A stretch of DNA of 64,000 nt from the NCBI GenBank assembly GCA_951406725.2, contig OX597818.1, positions 94,054,001 to 94,118,000 on the forward strand, read 5' to 3'. This document shows positions 1 through 12,522 of this stretch, one piece after another; position 1 is the stretch's first letter; each line of letters starts with the position of its first letter. The position numbers and the translations under genes are program-made. This stretch comes from Octopus vulgaris. Taxonomy: Eukaryota. Under the pieces are notes generated by a model. The model searched no databases. It saw nothing but the letters and a program-made list of their open reading frames with translations, and was not told where the DNA came from.

Positions 1-249
1 TACAATGTCACTGACAGGTTTAAATTAATCTTTTTCCTGCTACTCCTACGTCTTCACTTAGTTCAGTATTTCCTGTCTTATCCTTCAAATCTCCTCTCAT
101 CTCAGTTTTTCCCTTCACCTCACCCTTGCATTTGTCCACTTCTCCTCATTTTCATTTCTCTTCCATTCTACCTCTGTCTCCAAGTTTCTCCTACTACTTC
201 CTGTCTATCTTAATCACACAGCCATGCCTTTGGTTTTGTATGCATGCAT

Positions 250-705
250 GACTGGTGTCTGTGCTAGTGGAGCACTAAGAGCACTATCCGAGTGTGATCG
301 TTGCCAGAGTTGCTAACTGGCTTCTATGCTGGTGGCATGTAAAATGCAACATTTGAGCATGATCGTTACCAGTATCACCTTACTGGCACTTGTGCTGGTG
401 GCACATGAAAAACATTCGAGCGAGGTCGTTGCCAGTGCTGCTGGACTGGTTCCTGTGCAGGTGGCACGTAAAAAACACCATTTGAGCATGGCCATTGCCA
501 GTACTGCCTGACTGGCCCCCATGCCAGTGGCACATAAAAACACCCACTACACTTTCAGAGTGGTTGGCGTTAGGAAGGGCATCCAGCTGTAGAAACTCTG
601 CCAGATGAGATTAGAGCCTGGTGCAGCCATCTGGTTCGTTAGTCCTCAGTCAAATCGTCCAACACATGCTAACATGGAAAGTGGACGTTAAACGATGATG
701 ATGAT
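250..705 (+). mobile_element. RTE 3' UTR-only copy with (GAT)n tail
   Basis: Repeated gtggcacgtaaaa modules, aggaagggcatccagctgtagaaac core and gatgatgat tail; matches 34880-35142. Confidence 0.8.
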
Positions 706-1630
706 GTGTGTGCGTGTCTTTTGAATTACTTGGTAACTTTGTTGGGTCTTGGTGCCATGTAAAAAGCATCCAGTTCACACTGTAAAGTGGTTGACATTTG
801 GAAAGAAGTCCAGCTGTAAAAACTGTAAAAAGTATCCTGACCACTTTGTAAAGTGGTTGGCATTAGGAAGGGCATTGAACTATAAAATCATGCCAAAACA
901 GAGAGTGAAGCTTGGTGAGTCTTCTGGCTTGCCAGCACCTTTCAAATTGTCCAACCCATGCCAGCATGAAAAAACGGGCATTAAATGATGATGATGATGT
1001 GTGTGTGTGTGTACAATGGGCATGGTAGTATGTTTGCTGTTGAAGTACTTGGTTTCAGATTGTCCCATTACACGGTGCCTTTGGGCAAGTGTCTTTCACC
1101 ATTGTCCTGAGCTGATCAATGTCTTGAGAGTGAATTTGTTGTGTGTGTATATTCATATATGCACAAGTATTCATGTTTCACAGTCTTACTAGTCACTAGT
1201 TGAGCAAAGTAGTGGTATGATGTTTACATTCCTTGTTGACATTATAGCCAGTCCCTCTGCACTTTTGAAGATTTATGGAATAAAACAAGTAATAGTTAGC
1301 AGCAGAGAGAGCATCTGACCATAAAATTCTGTCTCAAATAAGTCCTTGTCCAACGTATGCTGGCATGGAAAAATTGGTGTTAAATGAACAAATGATACAC
1401 ACAATGTACTTGATATTCAATCCAATAAAGGTGTCCCTATCTGATCTTTTGACATGCTAAATAGCTGCTGAATTTCCAGCTAATCACAACTTAGTGTCTT
1501 GGAAAGAGAAGGGCACAATGGATAGTGTGTTCCTTGATACACTGTCTGGACAGAAGACCAGATAATCACAGCTGGAATATCTGTAACTGCAAAATTAAAT
1601 TTCATGGTTATTCCACAAATATTAAATATC

Positions 1631-2000
1631 TCTTTTACTTGTTTCAGTCATTTGACTGTGACCATGCTGGAGCACCGCAGTTAGTTGAGCAAATCGTCCC
1701 CAGGACTTATTCTTTGTAAGCCTAGTACTTATTCTATCGGTCTCTTTTGCCAAATTGCTAAGTTACTGGGACGTAAACACACCAGCATCGGTTGTCAAGT
1801 AATGTTGGGGGGACAAACACACACACACACATATACGACAGGCTTCTTTCAGTTTCTGTCTACCAAATCCACTCACAAAGCTTTGGGCGGTCCAAGGCTA
1901 TAGTAGAAGATACTTGCCCAAGGTGCCACGCAGTGGGACTGAACCGGAACCATGTGGTTCGGAAGCAAGCTACTTACCACACAACCACTCCTACACCTGC
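1631..2000 (-). mobile_element. tRNA-derived CORE-type SINE (family A: tRNA head, CORE, microsatellite, Nin-like tail)
   Basis: Minus strand: tRNA-like head with ggttcagtccc B-box, ccttgggcaagt CORE motif, (TG)n and aaacaagtaaaag end; more than 10 related copies in the window. Confidence 0.88.
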
Positions 2001-2586
2001 GAAAAAATAGAATTAGTATTATCTACAAGTCATGTTGCCTCAGTAAACTCGACATATCTCAACAAAAATAGTTTCAAACTTGACATCTCTTATTATAAAA
2101 GGCAGATTTTATCTGCCTCCCTTTGGGAGTTATACAAATCTACAATATAGGATTTCTTCAATTACAATTTACCTAGCAGTTTTAAGAGTACAATGCATCG
2201 CGTCATGCCAGGTCCAGTTTTTAAAATTTAAACTCCAATTAAGCAAAATTTACAGAAAACTCACATTCTGGTGTGTGTGTCAAATGCTTTTCTTAGTCTG
2301 GTTTACACCACACGCAAACGCACACACACAGTGGGCAACGAATAAAATGAAAGTAATTGACTTACTGTAGTGAGTGATTCTTTCACTCTGCTTCCCACTT
2401 CCTCTTTCCACACATACACACACGCAAATATATAAATAAAATTGTAAGCTAACGTGCGTGTGTGTGAGTGGGTGTGTGTGGGTGTGCGCGTGTGTGTGTG
2501 TGTGAGGGTGTGTGTGTGCGTGTGCGTGAGTGTGTGATAGGAAAGTTTTTTACGACGAATATAACACCTATATCCAAGTAGCAGAA

Positions 2587-2852
2587 AGATAAGACAGTAA
2601 GGTGTGATTTGAGGGAGATTTGGCTGCTATTTCTACCATGTCTAGCTGCCATGTAGGGGTCTCCCTCATAGGCTCATACATACATATATACATAGATAAG
2701 ACAGTAAGGTGTGATTTGGGGGAAATTTGGCTGCTATTTCTACCAGGTCTAGCTACCATGTAGAGGTCCCCCTCATTGGCTCATATATATATACATACAT
2801 AAGACAGTAAGGTGTGATTTGAGGGAGATTTGGCTGCTGTTTCTACCAGGTC
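2587..2852. repeat. Tandem triplication (~105-bp unit) of a dispersed repeat end
   Basis: ataagacagtaaggtgtgatttgagggagatttggctgc at 2589, 2696 and 2799; the motif is also dispersed (e.g. ~27235, 27905, 35780, 55495). Confidence 0.9.
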
Positions 2853-3210
2853 TGTTAGGCTTTCTCATGTAAACTCAAGCTTTCTCATGCCTTGACCAAA
2901 GCAGAGAATGTATTCTTTTATTCTTCTGCTTTTTCCAGCCATTGGTCTGTGGCCATGCTGGGGCAATGCCTTGAAGAATTGTAGTTTAATGAATCAACTC
3001 CACTTTTATTTTTGTAAGCATTGTACATATTCTATCTGTTTCCTTTGTCAAACCACTAGGTGACAGGGATGTAAACAAACCAACATTCGTTGTCAAGCAG
3101 TGGTGGAGGACAATCACAAGCACAGACACGCACACACACACACATACATGCATACACATATACACACATACATACATACATACATATATATATATGTGTG
3201 TATATGTATA

Positions 3211-3469
3211 TTGCAGCGTGGAAGGTGTTTGTAAGCCATTTAAGAAACACACAAAAACCGTTAGATTCACTTCAACATTTAAATTTAATTTGCCAAAATA
3301 TTTTCGTCGCTTTGAGACCGCGACCTGTTCACTGACAAAAATATCGTGCTAACAGGTCGCGGTCTCAAATCGATGAAAATATTTTGACAAATTAAATTTA
3401 AATGTTGAAGTGAATCTAACGGTTTTTGTGTGTTTCTTAAATGGCTTATAAACACCTTCAACGCTGCAA
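3211..3469. repeat. Foldback palindrome, 119-bp arms with 21-bp spacer
   Basis: 3211-3329 is the reverse complement of 3351-3469, about 5 mismatches. Confidence 0.95.
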
Positions 3470-3635
3470 CTGTTTTCGTTCCAGCACACGATCTCAGATC
3501 AAGTCACTTGCTATGCAAGTACATCTCTGTAACTATATATATATTTATATATATATATATATATATGTATATTGGTAAAAACAGTAAGATAACAAAAGAA
3601 AGAAAGAGACCTCAATATTATGTAAATAGAGGAAA

Positions 3636-4029
3636 TCTTTATATATAAAAGTGAGGTTGTGTGTCTGTCTCCTACGATTTAGATTCCTAACTACTCCCAC
3701 ATTTTGTGGTGCAGTTTAACCAAAACCGGGTATCTTATAGTCGTGATTCATATCGAGACCGTCTGGGTATTAGCGCGCGTCTACGATGAGTCTACGATTT
3801 AAAAAAAATTTACCATCAATTTTTCCCATTTTTAATCCATTTTTGACATATATAAGGGAAGTAACTCTCTAAAATTTATTATTAAATCTCAGAACGTAAA
3901 AAGCTACAGTAACACCCCTCCCCCTTTGTGGTTAGCCATATTGAGATGGCTATTATACTTTACATCTCTAAAAATGCTTATATAATTATTTCCCTTACAA
4001 ACCCGAGCAACGCCGGGCGATACTGCTAG
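3636..4029 (+). mobile_element. Non-autonomous Helitron, 394 bp
   Basis: A|TCTTTATATATAAAAG 5' end, subterminal GC hairpin cccgagcaacgccgggcg, 3' CTAG|T, no TSD; a second copy lies at 33732-34119. Confidence 0.88.
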
Positions 4030-4435
4030 TCCTTGAATAAAATATAGATAGGTATATAAAAGTGTTTTCCACAGTTAAGGGTAAATGAAATTTTGAGGTG
4101 GATATACCTGATTTCTCCAGAAAAAGGGTTAATAAATGATCTGCTGGATAAGCTACTATGATGACTGCTACTATAACCACCACAGTGTACCATCACTGCC
4201 ATACCACCACTGTTTATCCAGTTCTGTCAACTTTTTTGTTTTGCACCCTTCATTTTTTGTTTAGCTTTCCAACACATGCTTACTTTCATTGAAGGGTTCT
4301 GTCTAATGCATTGTAATCTACTTCTCCTTGTCATATTTTCTGAATTTTATTGATTGTAATTTAAAAGACAATTTAAAAAAAATTTGATTGAAATGTATAT
4401 AAAATGTAAATATTGCCAGTCTTTTTGCATTTTGT

Positions 4436-4980
4436 ATCATCATCATCGTTTAACGTCCGCTTTCCATGCTAGCATGGGTTGGACGAATGACTGAGGGGTG
4501 GCGAACCAGATGGCTGCACTAGGCTACAATCTTGATCTGGCAGAGTTTCTACAGCTGGATGCCCTTCCTAACGCCAACCACTCCGAGAGTGTATTGGGTG
4601 CTTTTACGTGCCACCGGCATGGGGGCCAGTCAGGCATTACTGGCAAAGACCTCACTCGAATCTTTTACACATGCCGCTGGCACAGGTGCCAGTAAGGCGA
4701 TGCTGGTAACGATCACGCTTGAATGGTGTCTTTTACGTGCTGCCGGCACAGAGGCCAGATAGCAGCTCTGGCAATGATCACACTCGGATGGTGCTCTTGA
4801 TACCCTACTAGCACAGGGCTCGAGTGTCAGTAAGGCAACGCTGGTAACGATCACGCTCGAATGGTGCCTTTTAAGTGCCAGGAAGCTGGTTAGCCGCTCT
4901 GTCAATGATCACACTCGTATGGTGCTCTTTGTAGCCTGCCAGCACGGACGCCAGATATCGAATTTGATTTTGATTTTGTA
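4436..4980 (-). mobile_element. RTE 3' UTR-only copy
   Basis: Reverse complement of the same repeat, starting catcatcatcgtttaacgtccg. Confidence 0.8.
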
Positions 4981-7900
4981 TACCTATGGTTAATCAAACT
5001 GGCTGAATCCATTTCTCTCCAAGTTATGCTTATCATTATAGTTGAATTCAGTGTTGCAGTTAACTATTTTGCTGTCATATTCTGGTATGTCTGACTATAA
5101 ACTCAGAGGTTTGTAGTCATACTATTGTAGATGCTCATTCAAAATATATCAGCTTTCAACTGTTCTGATGATTAGGCTTAGTGATCCCAGTGGATGTACA
5201 GTCCTGTAAATGGGAGGAGGAGGAGAAGAAACAATTTTTTGACAGGCTGAATGTAATACTGAAGGAATGGTATGTAGTAATGGAGTGATCTGTGTGTGGA
5301 GTACGTTTGCATGTGTTGTTAAAATGTGGACCAGTTCTGAGTTCCTCTGATCAAATATGTTCTGGCTGTGACCATCTCACCTTTTATTTATTCAGGGATG
5401 TATTCATCTTTTATATCTGATTTCAGGAACACATTATCCAATGTATCTCTTCCATTTCAACTGTTTTGTTACCATATTTCTGTTGAATTACACTGCCTTT
5501 GTTTCTAATATCTTTCAAAATAACGAGTAAAATAACTTTATTATTAAGTTAGTGTATGGAATGTAATTTAACATGAAATTTTAATGAAATTAAAATGGTA
5601 TTTGAAATGAAAATTTAAATTTGTATCACTTTAAAACAGAATTTGTATCATGGAACCATGGTTAGTCATGGATGGTTTGGTATCAAAAGGGTCAAAAATC
5701 TTATTTATTTACAATTAGATGGATTGTACCCTCTGCAAACTTTTATCTACTTGAGGCTTTGGATATTTCTCTACCCACAGTAGTACCTCTTTACATCTTG
5801 GTGGACGATCTGTTATTGTAGAACTTATTGTGGTATTTTGTGGCTGTTTACGAAAATCATAAGAATGAGTCTATGTAGATGTCACTATATAGTTTCTTAG
5901 CCTGCTAGGAACAGTTGCTAAATCTCCTTCTAAACACCTGCTACTGTCTTAAAGGGAGGATACTTTACACAATGTGGTCCTAGATACTCTGAATAAGAGG
6001 TGACATTATTGTAGCTGGAATAGCTTTGATTGCAGGGCTTTTAAATCAGAGCTGACCTAAGATTAAAATCAACAACAAACATAATCTGTAATTTTCCTCT
6101 TTGGCTGTATCTGCTGAATCAACAACATGGTTTCAAATTTCAGATAGAAGCTTTGTGGTGATGTTCTTAAATAAAAGCATGAACATCACCTATTCCCTGC
6201 AACCTCTCACTGCTTTTTTCTTTTCTGTAATTTGATATTGTGATTGTGTAAGAAACCTGACTTTATCATCCTCACTATCTTCACTGCCACTACCATCACT
6301 ACCACTATTACCACCATCATTAGTGGATTTATTAGTGAGTTTGTGTGGTCATGCAATCTGCTAGAAATAAACACCAGGTTTCCCTCAAATCATACCATAT
6401 TGTCTTACAAAAGAGGACACCTTAGATAAAGTAATAATAAATAATATGCCTTAAAGAAAAAAAAAATTACAGGCTGGTCATGGCTGAAATTGTTTTGATC
6501 GTAAGTTTGCTGAGCCTGAACTGACCTGCAGCTAAACAATAACATCCTCATCAGCATTATTATTATCCTCATTGTCACTTAGCAAGCATCGTAGATTAAA
6601 GTCTTCAGTTGACAAACTCATTCAGCAAACTAGTTTCAATTCTCTTTTGGAATATCTTTATATCTTTAATTTTTTTACTGTAGAAAGCAGATATATCCAT
6701 TCAAAATTTCATTACCCTTAACTGCAGAAAGCAGTTTTATATACCAATCCATCTTTTGTTGAGGAATGTAATGTTTGAAACTATTTTTCTGTTGAGATTT
6801 GTTTTCTCAAGTTTATTGAGGCAATGTGACTTGCATAAAATACCAATTCTGTTTTTTTTTTCTATTTGACATTCAACGTCTTTATTGGAATAACTATGAA
6901 ATTTAATTTTGCAGTTATAGGGTTAATGATTTTGTGGAAAGATATGAATATCAAAACCTCCCATTCCTACTTGCCACACAAAACTCCAATTTCATCTCCA
7001 TGTTATTTCAATCCTTTCTGGGTCAGTTTTCAGTCTGTGATTCCATTTGGTACAAATAGTACATTTAGGTTGATTCCCTTTCACTGGTTTGATCCCTTAG
7101 AAATATTGATTTCAAATTTTGGTACAAGGCCAGCAATTTTGGGGTAGTGGGTAAGTCGATTACATTGGCTCCAATGTTCAATTGGTGCTTATTTTATCGG
7201 CCCTGAAAAGATGAAAGGCAAGTTGACCATGGCAAAATTTGAATTCAGAACTTGAAGAGAGATGAAATACTATTAAGCATTTTGCCTGGCATGCTAAAAA
7301 TTCTGCCAGCTCACTGCCTCCATCCCTTAGAATCATTAGCTTCTGTTTAGCTAAAGGAAGTAAAATTTTATATTTACCAATTTATATTTACACTTTTGTG
7401 ATCTTATTATATTTCTCTTCTGTCTGTGATATTTAGGACTAGATTGTTTTTTTTTTCTAATTGAGTGTCTGTCTTAACTAAATTAGAAGATCTCATTTAG
7501 TCTGTAGAGTTTTAAGAAGGGAATGTCCTAACTTCCTTTATTCACTCCATTGGATCCTTTGTAAGATAATCATCTTGTGATGGTTTAATGTAGCTTATGA
7601 TTAATTTCATGTCGCTTGGACTGTTGCACACCAACCATTACATGCAACTTGTGACCAGAGCTAGGGCCTGGTTTTGAAGGCAAAGTGGACTGAGATGTTT
7701 AGATGTCTCTCAGTGGAAGAAGAGTATTGGGATAACTCACTTTCCCATGACCTCCAGAGCTGAGAAAAGGTTGAATTCAGTACTACAAACTAAACACTTG
7801 TCAAATTTACAGTACTACTACTGCCTACAGCAGAAGGCTGTTCTATCCAACAGTTTCTCTTTATGACTAAGTGTACTGGGTTATTTTTGAATTGTAACTT

Positions 7901-8784
7901 GGTAACTTTTGGCTCATTTTCTATCCATCACTTGACCTCCTTTTTTGCATCTACATTTCCTAAACAATTGCTTTTCCATGTTGGCATTGTTTAACTTGAG
8001 GATTTAGATGTGAACCAGTATTTTTGACATGTTTTGACACAAACTGGGTCTTCAATCTTTCGTTTTATATATCCATATATATATGTGTGTGTGTGTGTGT
8101 ATATATATATATTTATATATATAATTATTTAGGATGGATGAAGACCTCAACTTTTTATGCAGTCAGTCTTTATAAATACATGTTTAAGATAAATTTGAAA
8201 AAGATCGGGCCACAAACATTCATTACTTATTGATTAACCCCAAGTTAACTCTTATCAAAATGCCCCATGTTCGGAGATATTCTATTTCTGACAATCCCAT
8301 CTTTCGTTCAGACATAATGTTTCTAATGTGTTCTAGTGACCATATAACAGCTCCCTTATTGACTTTTAGAAATTTTATTGATATCTATTGTGGTTAAGAA
8401 TAGTACAACTGGCTAAATCAATATAGTTAGAAGTGAACCAACGTAGTGATTGGCAGTTCATATCTAGTGACTGGTACTGCATTGTGTTTTCAATGCTAAC
8501 CTTATTTAATTTCCATAGAAATTAGTGTTGCAGAGGCTCTCTCATTGGATTGTACTTTTTGCATTCATGTAGTAGTGGATTGCAGTCATATTCTCATCAT
8601 TCACCCCATTCGCTGTCATTAGTCTTGAGTTATAAACAACTGTTTAGGGTAAATGCTTATATTTATTGCAATATGTGTAATTACCAAATATTATACACCC
8701 AAGTAGAGAAAGAACTTCAAATTCCGTTGTTGAGCAATTGATAAAATTATTTTTAGAGAAAACCTTAAAATTTGTGACTATTCC

Positions 8785-9181
8785 TTTGGTGCCACATAAA
8801 AAACACTCATGCCGGTGCCTGGTGCCATGTAAAAAGCACTCGTGCAAGTGTCGTGCAAAAGGCACTTGTGCCAGTACTAGGTGTCATGTAAAAAGCACTC
8901 GTGCTGGTGCCAGATGCTATGTAAAAAGCACTCGTGCCAGTGCCAGGTGCCATGTAAAAAGTACTTGTGTCAGTGTCATGTAAGAGCACTCATGTGGTGT
9001 TGCATTAAAAGCACGCAGCACACTCTGTGAAGTGGTTGATGTTAGGAAGGGCATCCAGCTGTAGAAGCCTTGTCCAAATTGGACTGGAACCTGGTGCAGC
9101 TCTCTGGCTTGCCAGCACTAGTTAATCATCCAATCCATGCCAGCATGGAAAAGAGACATTAAATGATGATGATGATGATGG
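8785..9181 (+). mobile_element. Older RTE 3' UTR-related copy with tandem ~25-32 bp modules
   Basis: About seven ggtgccatgtaaaaagcactc-like units, then the shared core and (GAT)n. Confidence 0.75.
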
Positions 9182-9664
9182 TAATTCTTTTATTTAAAGA
9201 CTGTTAGCTTTCTCATTTGTATGTATAATATATATTGATTCACATATATTGATTTTAGTGACATGGCTTTTAATTTTTATGGTTACAATACAAGTACATC
9301 AAGTTAGTATGGGTAAATCTTTGGTTTCAAGTCCTACAGGTTTGTAGTTGGAAGGAGAAATGTGGGCAGTTAAGAGTACCTGGGAGAGAGGCAGAAGGAT
9401 TGGTAAGAGTTTGTTAGGTGTATGAGTCATAGTGAAGAGAAGAACAAAGTTAGTTTAAAGTGGATTTCAGTGAAGGTGTTACAACATCAAACAAATTAAA
9501 CAGAGTAGAGTCAAATGTAGTAGACTAAATTGAGGGCAAACAGGACATAGTTTCACTCAGCAGTTAAAAGTGTGTTGGTGAATGAATGTTTGCCAGTCAA
9601 ATAGATGGACCCCACTCTTTTTTTTTTCTCGAAAGATTTTGTATCGGCACAGACATGGCTCATG

Positions 9665-10040
9665 AAGTAGGTATGGCTGTGTGGTTAAGAAGCTTGCTTT
9701 GCAACTACATGGTTTTAGGTTCACTCTCATTGTGTGGAACCTTGGGCAAGTGTCTTCTACTATGGCTCCAGACTGACCAATTCTTTGTGAGTGAATTTGG
9801 TAATTGGAAATTGTGTAGAAAACCATTGTATATATGTGTTTGTGTTTGTCCCCCACCCTTTCATGTGAAAATCAGTGTTGGTTTGTTTACATCCCCATAA
9901 CTTAGCAGTTCAGTAAAAGAGCTTAATAGAATAAATACCAGTCTTAAAAATAATCTCTGGGAGTGATTAGTATGATTAAACACTTCATGATGGTGCACCA
10001 TCATGGCTGTAGTCCCGTGACTGAAGCAAATAAAAGATAA
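9665..10040 (+). mobile_element. Family A SINE, older copy
   Basis: tggctgtgtggttaagaagcttgct head, ccttgggcaagtgtc, same tail. Confidence 0.8.
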
Positions 10041-10119
10041 TGCCAGCTGATCTTGCAGATTGATGCAACTGTTTTGCGTTGTGTTCCTGGAGGAAAGATA
10101 GTTTATAAAGGGAAAAGAT

Positions 10120-10450
10120 AAGTTCTGGGTTCAATCCCACTGTGTGGTACCTTGGGCATGTCTTCTACTGTAGCCTCGGATCAACCAAAGCCTAACAAGG
10201 CTTTGGTGGATTTGGTTGACAGAAACTTAAAGAAGCCTGTCGTATACATATATATTTGTGTCTGTGTGTGTGTGTGTGATGTATATACACACAATGGGCT
10301 TCTTTCAGTTTTTGCCTGCCAAATCCACTCACAAGGCTTTGGTCAGCCTGGGGCTATAGTAGAAAATACTTGCACAAGGTGCCCCATATTGGGACTAAAC
10401 CTGGAATCATGTGGTTGGGAGGTAATCTTCTTACCATACAACCATGCTGT
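10120..10450. mobile_element. Two partial family A SINE 5' halves in inverted orientation joined at (TG)n
   Basis: 10120-10245 is + strand; 10290-10450 is - strand. Confidence 0.75.
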
Positions 10451-11113
10451 GTGTATGTTACATATGTTGTCTTCTTTTTATCAGTCATGTGCTTGACCAC
10501 ACCCTGTTGGTCACTATATTTTTGACCACATGTAGACATATTTAGGCTGTTAGTAATTACTAGTTTTCACACTATTGATCCTGAAATGTGCTGGATATTT
10601 TATTTCTAACCTTCTTAGTATTACTGCATTTGATTGGTTGGGTCACTAATCCTTTTCTGTGTCCGACAGAAAGATAATAAATATTCTGAGATTTGCCTTC
10701 GGAAAAACAGTTCAAGGATGAATTACTCATTAAAAATACTGCTGTCCTGACATTTTCTTCAGGAATTTATTAATTATTCTTGTAAGATTTACACTCTGCC
10801 ACTGTACTCAGCTGACATTTTCTGGATGTGTGTGCAGTATGGGGCACTCCCCAAGAATGATTGATGCAGCTGTCTATAGGTCAACACACACTGTTCTAGT
10901 TCTGATTTTTGTGTTTGTTGGCTCTGCATCTTTTCTTCTCTTTTCTTCCTTTTAATTAGTGAAACAATAATTAATTAGATAATGTGATTTAGTGTGCTTA
11001 GTAGAAGTGCATTATTAGGGGTGTGCTGCTTCAGTTCACACAGATAAAATAGTCCACCACTCACACACTCACTCGCACATGCACACACACACCTGCTGGT
11101 ATACATCCCTGCA

Positions 11114-11341
11114 GCGAGCTGGCAGAATCGTTAGCACGTCGGGCGAAATGCTTAGCAGTATTTCGTCTGCCGTTACGATCTGAGTTCAAATTCCGTCGAG
11201 GTCAACTTTACCTTTCATCCTTTTGGGGTCGATTAAATAAGTACCAGTTGTGCACTGGGGTTCAATATAATCGGCTTAATCCGTTTGTCTGTCCTTGTTT
11301 GTCCTCTCTGTGTTTAACCCCTTGTGGGTAGTAAAGAAATA
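11114..11341 (+). mobile_element. Nin/Deu-domain SINE (family B) monomer
   Basis: gagctggcagaatcgttagc head, gagttcaaattcc B-box, cctttcatccttttggggtcgattaaataagtaccag domain; 16-bp TSD ggtatacatccctgca (11098-11113, 11342-11357). Confidence 0.9.
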
Positions 11342-12522
11342 GGTATACATCCCTGCATTTATGTGTTTGCTTACACACACACATAGACACTTTTCTAAGG
11401 ATCATATGATCCGTAGGGAAATGAGCTCAGAAAACTTAACAGTTGTAAAATCATTGTCCAACACGCTGCAATTTCTGATGCTGTCTACCTGATAATCAAG
11501 ACTGCTCATTGACACACTAACCATGTTATGTCTTCTTGTCTCTTTTCCTGCCACTGTGGTTTGATAGAATAAATATCAGCTATGATGATGATTCTGTATT
11601 TGATTCAATCTATATTGACCATTATTGTAGAAATTGGTCTTGTGCCTTAGAAGTAATTATATATGCAGTGTTTACTCAGCCACATAAACATATATACTTA
11701 AAAGAACGTATATTTTATAAATTTGTTTGTTTTACTTCTATTTTTCCATGCTAGCATGACTTAGGTGCATATATTATTTGAGGCATAGTTTTTTTACAGC
11801 TGGATGCCCTTCCTGTTCTAATCCTAACCTGTTTTTCAAATAAGGGATCTCTTATTTCGCCTGTTTTTTAAGCTGTGAAGCAAGTGGATTATTTGTTGAT
11901 AAAAGTGATAGCTACAACACTGCGCATAGTGAGAGGCTTTCATAAAGCACAAATGTAGAGAAACATAAGCACATGCCCCCCCCCACACACACTCTTCTTT
12001 CCTTCCATCTACCTAAACACCAACCCACCCATCCATGGACCAACAAGTTCAAAACAAGCTATGTCTGGCTGCTTAGAGTTACAGTTATGGATTACATACA
12101 TATGCACGTACATACATACATACATACATACATACATTAATACATTTAAGTATACATCAGCCTGTCTAGATATGTAAGTATATGCATTAGAAGACATACA
12201 TAAAGCAAAACAGAAATCTGCACTTATACATAGATACAAAAATACCCTGTTGATGTTGTTGAAATTCTAATGAAGGAGCCTTGGATTTAGTTAGAAACCA
12301 GTTCTCTCCCTATTGACAAGAAATCTTAAAATAAAACTGAATAATGACATATGTACATACATACATACACACACTTACATATATACATACATATGGTTTA
12401 ATTTATACAGCTGGTACCAAGAACATGGATGGCTAAATGAATCACTGCATACTGAATGGCTGAGAGATCAGTAGTTCAAATTTGGGTACTGGCACTACTT
12501 TGTACCAGTGTGCATATTCAAA

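Noticed and set aside
8785-9020. CRISPR-like array of short repeats
   Set aside because: Eukaryotic context, no unique spacers, degenerate units, no cas genes; these are modules of the RTE-related UTR.
12260-12310. Hammerhead-like ctaatgaagg...gaaaccag
   Set aside because: The core deviates and stems I and III could not be paired convincingly.
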